IMG/VR virus record: IMGVR_UViG_3300032233_001427
Span: 1-31,532 of that record
DNA length: 31,532 nucleotides
DNA from: a virus
Lineage: Duplodnaviria > Caudoviricetes
Strand: one strand, 5' to 3'
Notes under the pieces: generated by a model
Told to the model about the DNA's origin: nothing
What the model saw: only the letters and a program-made list of their open reading frames with translations
The model's database searches: none
Shown: piece after piece, positions 25,880 to 31,532 of the stretch
Layout of the letters: the number at the start of each line of letters is the position of its first letter
Numbering within the stretch: the stretch's first letter is position 1
Position numbers and translations under genes: made by a program

Positions 25880-26123
25880 TCACTCTGTTGTTTGTCTGGC
25901 TACGGCCAGGGCGCGCCATAACCGCAAGCTCCGTGCTGCTGCCGAGGCCCATGCCCGTCGCCGAGCCGTGATCGGCATGGTGATCGCCGCCGCTGGTGTG
26001 TTTGCCGCGGTGCAGATCGTGCGGGAAGAAACCGCACCAGCAATCAGGCAAGCAGCGCCAGCCGCCCCAGCTGAGATCTCCAGCATCGGCGCATTTTCCG
26101 GTTACCAACCCCTCGCAGACTGA
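25761..26123 (+). CDS. Hypothetical single-pass membrane protein (start uncertain, probably downstream of 25870)
   Basis: Hydrophobic segment AVIGMVIAAAGVFAAVQIV preceded by basic residues. Stop lies 3 nt before the next ATG. Confidence 0.5.
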   Translation: MNCTPSNGSAPKDGASQQCANASCGASPVQRSCASRRGVDHSVVCLATARARHNRKLRAAAEAHARRRAVIGMVIAAAGVFAAVQIVREETAPAIRQAAPAAPAEISSIGAFSGYQPLAD

Positions 26124-26126
26124 GCC

Positions 26127-26342
26127 ATGAAACTTGTTGACCAACTCAGGCAAAACCCTTGGCGCTTCAAGGTTGGCGATGAAGTGTTCATCGCTAGCCG
26201 CCGCAGCCAGTGGCCGGCCAAGGTCGTCGAGGCCTTTGGCTACGGCCCATCGGGGTGGCCCCACTACCTGGTGGTGGATGTCCAGGGTGACGAATGGACG
26301 GTCCCCCAGCAGTTGCTCTCCGCGTCACCCATTCCAGCGTGA
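26127..26342 (+). CDS. Small hypothetical protein (SH3/KOW-like beta pattern)
   Basis: FKVGDEVFI...AKVV...PHYLVVD..G.EW.V. Confidence 0.65.
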   Translation: MKLVDQLRQNPWRFKVGDEVFIASRRSQWPAKVVEAFGYGPSGWPHYLVVDVQGDEWTVPQQLLSASPIPA

Positions 26343-26839
26343 AGCCAACGATTCAATGCACCGAATGTCAGGCCGTTGCGGTGGTGGTCAAGCACTCCTG
26401 GCCACGGCCTGATGGGCGCGTGCAACTGCTGATCTGCAAGTCCTGCGGGCATGAATCCAAGCGCCTGGTGGAGAAACTCCCGCCGAAGGAGGGCACCACA
26501 GTCCGCCGTGATCCAGGCAGGGAGCGGCGCTTTTCGGCTGAAACAATCACTGAGATCAGGGCCAGGGGCGCAGAGTCGAGAGACAGCTGGGCCCAACTGG
26601 CCAGGGAGTACCGCTGCAGCCGCGAGGCAATCCGCCAAATCTGCCTGGGCCTGGCCTACCGCGATCTCCTGCCGGATGATTTCGTGGCCCCCAACAATGG
26701 CCGCAAATGCTGGCACTGCATCGAGTGGAGGGGCCTGGACGACGAGATCCACCCCTGCACCATCGGGATGCCCGATGTATTGACGGAAGGCGAATCGTTC
26801 GCCGCTGATTGCGAGTTCTACGTGCGCAAGGGGTCGTAA
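26339..26839 (+). CDS. Zn-ribbon/HTH protein, putative regulator
   Basis: Likely GTG start in a GTGA overlap. CTEC...CKSC ribbon, HTH-like WAQLAREYRCSREAIRQI, C-terminal CWHC...C...C. Confidence 0.7.
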   Translation: MKPTIQCTECQAVAVVVKHSWPRPDGRVQLLICKSCGHESKRLVEKLPPKEGTTVRRDPGRERRFSAETITEIRARGAESRDSWAQLAREYRCSREAIRQICLGLAYRDLLPDDFVAPNNGRKCWHCIEWRGLDDEIHPCTIGMPDVLTEGESFAADCEFYVRKGS

Positions 26840-26917
26840 TGCGGAAGCAAACTGCCGGAGGTGCGGGAATGAGCTGCTCAGAAATCATCCTGCGCAACGA
26901 TGCCCGCTATCAAGCGC

Positions 26918-28189
26918 TCATGGCCGCAGGGACAATGCCGTCGGAGCCTGCCTGGTTATCAGGATGCAGGCCACAAGCCGGTGCAGCAAGACAGTCAGCT
27001 CTTCGTACGTCAGCCTCGAAAGCCATCGCGGATCAGACATCCTCTCCATCAAGCCCGCGTCAATAGTTGGCGTGATAAGCAGCTGCTCAAGCCGGGAGCG
27101 CTTGGCCTCAATCACGGGCTGAAGGTCCTGGTCGTGGAGGCTCTCCAGCTCCTCAATCCGTTTTCGCAGCAGCGTCACCTCGGCCGGCTCCGACCGCTCA
27201 GCCATCGCCGCCAGCCTGCTCGCTGCCACTTTCGACAACTCAGCGGTCGCCCACATCAAAACCAACTCTTCGCGGACGCCCTTGTAGTGCTGTGAGCACA
27301 GATCGCCGGAGCACTTGAGGCTTGGATACGTGCGGCCGCCGATGTACTTGAGACGGTTCTGGCACTCTGAGCAGATGCACAAGCCGGTTAGGGCTCGCAC
27401 TGTTTTTTGCCCGTGAACGCCCCATAACTTCCGGTTGCGGGCGATGGCGCGCTCCATCTCGGCAAATTCATCCGGCGCAATCAGCGCATCGTGCTGATCC
27501 CAAAGGATCTGCTCGAACCGGTGATTTTTGAGTTGCCTGTAGCCGATCGCCCCGCGGATGGTGGGGTTCAGTAACCAGGCGCGCACGCCCCGGACGCTGC
27601 CGAAGGGGACCAGCGGGCTGGCCTTCAGGGTTGGCAACATGCGCCAGCCGTTCTCCTTCAGGGCATCGAGGAAATCGCGGGCAATGGTGGCGTCGGGCTC
27701 CTTGAGCTCCAGCTTGGAGCGGTCGTCGCTCAGCCGGTAACCCCAGCAGGGTTTACGCATCGGCTTGCCCATCGCCCGACCCTGGCCAAGGCCGGCGTGG
27801 ACGCGCAGCGAGAGGCGCATTGATTCAGCCTGGCCCATGGCCGCCTTCAGGTACAGCATGATCAGCTCTTCGGCGGTCTTGGCGCTCAGCCGGCCGTCAT
27901 CTCTGGTGCGGACCGCGGCGCCCTTGGCATCGCACAGCTGCACCAGCCGAACCAGCTCCTGGGCGTCACGGCCAAGGCGATCTGACCTTGTGGCAAGCAG
28001 CTCGGTGACCCGGCCACCCTCCACCAGGGCCAGCAGCTCCAGGTAGCCGGGCCGATCGGTGTTCATGCCCGATTCCACGTCCTGCAGCAGCAGGGTGGGC
28101 TCCTGGGCCCTTAGCCAGTCGAGCTGGGCCCTTAGGGCAGAGGCCTGCTCCCCGCTTGCCGTTGAGACTCGACCGTAGGCAACCCGCAT
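26918..28189 (-). CDS. Large serine recombinase (integrase)
   Basis: YGRVST catalytic motif, ESG...RPG, DRLGR, recombinase domain (LLNP..RG, HDALI), Zn ribbon (LTGLCICSEC...C....C) and coiled coil. Confidence 0.93.
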   Translation of the reverse strand: MRVAYGRVSTASGEQASALRAQLDWLRAQEPTLLLQDVESGMNTDRPGYLELLALVEGGRVTELLATRSDRLGRDAQELVRLVQLCDAKGAAVRTRDDGRLSAKTAEELIMLYLKAAMGQAESMRLSLRVHAGLGQGRAMGKPMRKPCWGYRLSDDRSKLELKEPDATIARDFLDALKENGWRMLPTLKASPLVPFGSVRGVRAWLLNPTIRGAIGYRQLKNHRFEQILWDQHDALIAPDEFAEMERAIARNRKLWGVHGQKTVRALTGLCICSECQNRLKYIGGRTYPSLKCSGDLCSQHYKGVREELVLMWATAELSKVAASRLAAMAERSEPAEVTLLRKRIEELESLHDQDLQPVIEAKRSRLEQLLITPTIDAGLMERMSDPRWLSRLTYEELTVLLHRLVACILITRQAPTALSLRP

Positions 28190-28202
28190 GGCGGCCAATG
28201 TA

Positions 28203-28251
28203 TCCCCTAGTGCGCTCAGGCTCGGAGCAATGTACTAGAGGGCATAGGGGA
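28203..28251. repeat. ~49-bp imperfect inverted repeat, candidate attP or operator
   Basis: TCCCCTAGTGCGCTC ... GAGGGCATAGGGGA, immediately upstream of the integrase start. Confidence 0.5.
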
Positions 28252-28271
28252 AATCCTCCTTACCCTGAGCC

Positions 28272-28487
28272 ATGACCTGCACGCTGCCCACCAAAGAGGT
28301 TGTGATCGGCGCGGACGGTTCGCCGATTTGGCGCATCCAGGGTGACGGTATCGCGGTCGAGCACGTCAGCGGCACCGAGGCCGACAGGATTTTCAAGCAG
28401 CAATGCGAAAGCCGCGGACTGCTCCCCCAGGATTCTGGAGAGCAGCCGCGGCGTGGGCCTTCGGAATGTGACGAGCCTGGGGTTTAG
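28272..28487 (+). CDS. Small hypothetical protein divergent from integrase
   Basis: 71-aa ORF. TACCCT (-10-like) ends 5 nt before the ATG. Confidence 0.6.
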   Translation: MTCTLPTKEVVIGADGSPIWRIQGDGIAVEHVSGTEADRIFKQQCESRGLLPQDSGEQPRRGPSECDEPGV

Positions 28488-28801
28488 GTGATCGTTCGGG
28501 TTTGATGGTTGGGGTCTGATTCGTCGAGGTGGGCCTCGGGGCCGAACCCAGTGGCGTCATCCCGCTCTGGTGCTTCGCCGACTGTCTGCCGTTTGGCATC
28601 GGCTGCCGCAAGGTCAGCAAGCCAGGCGCGCAATGCCTCGTCGGTGGGGGTCTTGCGGGGCCAGCCGATCCACTTGAGCATCGCCTTGGGATCGCGGAAT
28701 CCCTGGCTGACGTGCGGCCGCCACGCCACAAACCAGCGGCCGTCCCAGTCCCTGGATGTTTCGATCCAGAGGCTGGGGCGCTCGAACCGCTCGCGTTTCA
28801 T
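28484..28801 (-). CDS. Hypothetical protein (Trp-rich)
   Basis: Likely start MKRERFERP at 28801, in an ATGA overlap with the upstream gene. Confidence 0.65.
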   Translation of the reverse strand: MKRERFERPSLWIETSRDWDGRWFVAWRPHVSQGFRDPKAMLKWIGWPRKTPTDEALRAWLADLAAADAKRQTVGEAPERDDATGFGPEAHLDESDPNHQTRTIT

Positions 28802-29106
28802 TGGGGCGGCAGCGGCAGGGCGTTGACGGGTAGCCAGTGGGTGTAGTTGGCCTGATAGGTGTCGAGATACCAGCAGGCGTGGTCGTACCACCAGCATTCT
28901 TCAATGATTCCATTGAGATCCTCCGGCCCAGGCAACCGCTCAGCCACCGGGATGGGGGTAGGCCCCACCGGCTGCTCAGCCAGGGCGGCGCGGGCGCGGT
29001 CTACCACCACATGTGCATCGGCACAGTCGGCTTCATCGCCGTAACCAATCCAGGCTTCAAGTTCTTCAACCAGCTCTTCGCACAGGGCGCGGAAGTCAGT
29101 GGTCAT
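28798..29106 (-). CDS. Hypothetical protein, DUF551-like C-terminus
   Basis: Start MTTDFRALCEEL in an ATGA overlap. PIPVAERLP...THWLP motif. Confidence 0.7.
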   Translation of the reverse strand: MTTDFRALCEELVEELEAWIGYGDEADCADAHVVVDRARAALAEQPVGPTPIPVAERLPGPEDLNGIIEECWWYDHACWYLDTYQANYTHWLPVNALPLPPQ

Positions 29107-29420
29107 GGCTGGCCCTCCAGCTCGTCGGCGATGGCTAGGAGTTCTTTGCGGATGCGTTGGCACTCAAGCGCCATGGGTATGTTGTTGCGCGGTTCCATTG
29201 CATCACTGGGCGCCACCTGATCCGCAGCAGCGCGAAGGGCGGCGGCGGCAATAGATTCAGGTGTGTCGGTAGTTTCCCAGAGTGCAAAGGCCGCATCCAG
29301 CACTGCTTGCGCGGCGTGGGAAAGAGGCTCTGGCCCCGGTGCGTGTTCACCTTGCGGGCAGAGCGAATTGAACTCTGCATCGCTGAGGTGGCTGAGATCG
29401 TTGGGAATGTGGTCAGTCAC
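29103..29420 (-). CDS. Hypothetical protein
   Basis: LSHAAQAVLDA...AAAALRAAADQV...LLAIADELEGQP. GTGA overlap with the upstream gene. Confidence 0.7.
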   Translation of the reverse strand: MTDHIPNDLSHLSDAEFNSLCPQGEHAPGPEPLSHAAQAVLDAAFALWETTDTPESIAAAALRAAADQVAPSDAMEPRNNIPMALECQRIRKELLAIADELEGQP

Positions 29421-29626
29421 GGCTGCCCCTCCAGCTCTCTTGCGATACTCTGCAGCTCCTCAGCGCTCCAGCGAACGCCCAGGCTCCAGCCTTTCTCCTT
29501 GAGTAGGTGGGCAGCTGCGGCGCGAAACGCATTTGCCAGGCAGTCGCCGTAATCGACGAACACGCCGGGCTGTTCCTGGTTGAACGCTTCCCAGGCCTTG
29601 GCGGCGCGGGGGGTGAGGTTAGTCAT
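29417..29626 (-). CDS. Hypothetical protein, paralog of 29103-29420
   Basis: MTNLTPRAAKAWEAF...LANAFRAAA...LQSIARELEGQP. Confidence 0.65.
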   Translation of the reverse strand: MTNLTPRAAKAWEAFNQEQPGVFVDYGDCLANAFRAAAAHLLKEKGWSLGVRWSAEELQSIARELEGQP

Positions 29627-29810
29627 CAATCGGCACCCCTTCCATAGCGATCTTGATGTCGCGGCCGAAGCCGCAGCTACCCCACTGGACGAGATCGAGG
29701 TGGATGTGCGCACCTGCAAAGGTGGTGCTCACGCGCAGCAGGGTGGACTGGTCGGAATTGATCCACCAGAACTCACCGATGCAGCCCTGGTTTGAGTCGA
29801 TGTGAATCAT
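29619..29810 (-). CDS. Hypothetical protein
   Basis: 63-aa ORF with an ATGA overlap and GAGGAG upstream. Confidence 0.55.
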   Translation of the reverse strand: MIHIDSNQGCIGEFWWINSDQSTLLRVSTTFAGAHIHLDLVQWGSCGFGRDIKIAMEGVPIDD

Positions 29811-30088
29811 TGCTCCTCAACCTCCACCTGGCGGCGCAGAGCGGTGAGCAGCCCGCGGTTCATCCCGGCCCGGCCTAGGGCCGCCATCTGGCAGTCGATC
29901 AGCAGCAGGACCCTCCCGCGCATCGCCTGACCGCCCTGCTGCCAGGCAGCACGGACGGCGGCATCCTGGCTGAGATTTTCCGCGGCCCGGGCCACAGCAG
30001 CCTGCTCCGCTGCCAGGGCCTCGCGGTCGCCCTCGAGCTCGAGCATCAAGGCATCGAGCTGGCGGCGGGTGGCGGTTATCGCGTCCAT
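29807..30088 (-). CDS. Hypothetical helical protein
   Basis: 93-aa ORF coupled to ssb through TGATG. Confidence 0.65.
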   Translation of the reverse strand: MDAITATRRQLDALMLELEGDREALAAEQAAVARAAENLSQDAAVRAAWQQGGQAMRGRVLLLIDCQMAALGRAGMNRGLLTALRRQVEVEEQ

Positions 30089-30549
30089 CAGAAGGGAACT
30101 GAATCGGTGCTGTCATCGGCGCTTGCCCAGGCAAAGCCACCAGGAGGCGCGCACGCCGGAGCCGGAGCAGCCGGTGCAGGTGCTGGAGCAGCAGCCTGGC
30201 GAGGTTGGCCGGCCAGGGACCATTGGTCAACCGTGACCACCAGCTTCGTGCGCACTTCGCCGGTGTTGCGATCGGTCCAGCTATCGGACTTCACCCGGCC
30301 GGATACGTCCACCAGGTCGCCGCGGTGGGTGCCGTCACAGAACGCCTGGGCTTGATCGCCCCAGATCGTCAAGTCGAACCCGTCAGGTTGCTGGCCGTCG
30401 TCCCGTTTTGCCCCGGGCAGGTTGATCAGGATCCGGGCGTTGCAAACGGTGCTGCCGCTGGGCAGGAATTTGATTTCTGGATCGCGGGCCAGGCGGCCAA
30501 TGAAGCGGTGGACGCTGGCGCGCAGGAGTTGAGCAACGATTTCTGACAT
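30088..30549 (-). CDS. ssb: Single-stranded DNA-binding protein
   Basis: IGRLARDPE, IWG.QA, GDLV.V.GR....W.D..TG..R, acidic C-terminal DSVPF. Confidence 0.93.
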   Translation of the reverse strand: MSEIVAQLLRASVHRFIGRLARDPEIKFLPSGSTVCNARILINLPGAKRDDGQQPDGFDLTIWGDQAQAFCDGTHRGDLVDVSGRVKSDSWTDRNTGEVRTKLVVTVDQWSLAGQPRQAAAPAPAPAAPAPACAPPGGFAWASADDSTDSVPF

Positions 30550-30580
30550 GGTGTTGTTGATGGTTCCGTAAGTGGATGGT

Positions 30581-31429
30581 TTAAGCCGACCAGGCGGCTG
30601 GGAGGTCGTCTGGGTCGTCGGTGGGCTCGGGTTCGGCCTCGTAAACCGCGTTGCAGCGGGCAGCCGTGGCCGGACTAACGCCAGATTTGGCCAGCCGGGC
30701 CAACATGTTGTGAGGTAGTTCCTCTAGGGCCTCGGCGTTGCCGTTGCTGATCTCATTGACCAGCGCTGTGATGCCGTTATCGGTCAAGCCCTGGGCACGG
30801 CAGGCACGCTCAGCACCGGCGGCTAGCTCCTCTGTAGTGACAAGCAAAGGCGGTGCTTGCGGTTCACTAACAACCACCGGCACCACCTCAGCAGCGCCGA
30901 GCTCTTCGGGTGAATACGCCGTGTGGCCGCCCAGGGCATCCGGGCAGTGGGTGCGCATCCCGGCGGTCAGCGCCCGGCTAAACAGCATCGCCTCCGGGTA
31001 TGCGCGCCAGGTGGGGTTCTTGAGCAGCTGGGCCCGCTCTGCCATCTCGATGGTGAACACCTCTTCGCCCAGGGTTTCGCCGTTGGCCAGGAATCTGATC
31101 CGGCAAACGGTGCTGGATTTCTCCATGACCCTGTAGTCGTAGGCAGGGTGGCGGCGCACGGCCTGGGCCAGCAGGTTGGCGCTGAACGCCGGGCGACCAT
31201 TGATGATGTGGATCCCAGTGGCGCTGGCAAACGGCGAGAACCCCGCCTCCATGCCGGCCATGAGCCGGATGGCGCATTCGGCTACCTGGGTTTCCTGATT
31301 ACCGGATCGGCCGAACAGGCCAGAGGCGGCGAACACTTTGGCAAGGCGGGCTAGGTCATCAACAGAGCTGACCTGCAGGCTGAGGGGGGCGGCGCCTGGT
31401 GGGGCAAGCGCCGTGCTTTGAGTCGCCAT
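30581..31429 (-). CDS. recT: RecT-like single-strand annealing recombinase
   Basis: G.E.G..P......IHIINGRP, FTIE.A.RA.L....W..YP..ML..RA.....R..CPD.L.G. Adjacent to ssb. Confidence 0.8.
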   Translation of the reverse strand: MATQSTALAPPGAAPLSLQVSSVDDLARLAKVFAASGLFGRSGNQETQVAECAIRLMAGMEAGFSPFASATGIHIINGRPAFSANLLAQAVRRHPAYDYRVMEKSSTVCRIRFLANGETLGEEVFTIEMAERAQLLKNPTWRAYPEAMLFSRALTAGMRTHCPDALGGHTAYSPEELGAAEVVPVVVSEPQAPPLLVTTEELAAGAERACRAQGLTDNGITALVNEISNGNAEALEELPHNMLARLAKSGVSPATAARCNAVYEAEPEPTDDPDDLPAAWSA

Positions 31430-31532
31430 GGCTTCGGGCGGGTGGTTCCGCAATCATACCCCTATAGTTCCGCAACCGCACCCCACAGGCCGTGGGAGGC
31501 TGGGTTGCTTTTCTGCTAGAGCAGTCGTACAC

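Larger units (their letters stand above)
1..31532. mobile_element. Temperate lambda-like siphophage genome segment (probable cyanophage)
   Basis: Contiguous head-tail-lysis modules plus a serine integrase. No host housekeeping genes in the window. Confidence 0.93.

Noticed and set aside
26809-27295. Plus-strand ORFs overlapping the integrase 3' end
   Set aside because: They are largely antisense to a well-supported gene and have no protein-like features.
31482-31524. Short hairpins at the window end as terminator, cos site or tRNA fragment
   Set aside because: The stems are only 5 bp, with no adjacent U-tract, no cloverleaf and no match to the window start.
1-31532. CRISPR arrays, tRNA/rRNA genes, introns/inteins, photosynthesis auxiliary genes
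   Set aside because: No regularly spaced repeats or RNA-gene signatures were seen, intergenic gaps are very short, and terL/portal lengths are normal. Covariance-model searches could not be run.

Overview
The whole window is a GC-rich, lambda-like temperate siphophage segment. The RpoD-type sigma factor, RecT/SSB pair, endolysin N-terminus and small-ORF families suggest a picocyanobacterial (Synechococcus/Cyanobium-type) host, which is an inference. Bases 145-23817 (+) are the late region: terminase, gpW, portal, a fused ClpP protease-major capsid gene, head-tail and tail genes with a G/GT -1 frameshift, tape measure, tail tip M-L-K-I-J, tail fibre and a lysis cassette. Bases 23814-31429 hold a sigma-70 factor, a Gp157 operon, a large serine integrase, small accessory ORFs, SSB and RecT. 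No repressor, replication gene or cos end is recognisable, so the genome may extend beyond the window. The main observations are: (1) a late-strand-only TAGCCT motif (4 of 7 copies read TCCATAGCCT), often overlapping stop codons, with one copy inside the protease-capsid gene before an in-frame internal ATG, alongside a phage sigma factor with a degenerate -35 helix; (2) a neck-anchored appendage cassette that duplicates the Gly-rich fibre/chaperone pair at the tail tip; (3) a ~212-aa repeat insertion in gpL; (4) an L,D-transpeptidase-fold protein in the endolysin slot; (5) a candidate attP and several small ORFs missing from the ORF track. All counts and alignments were done by eye.
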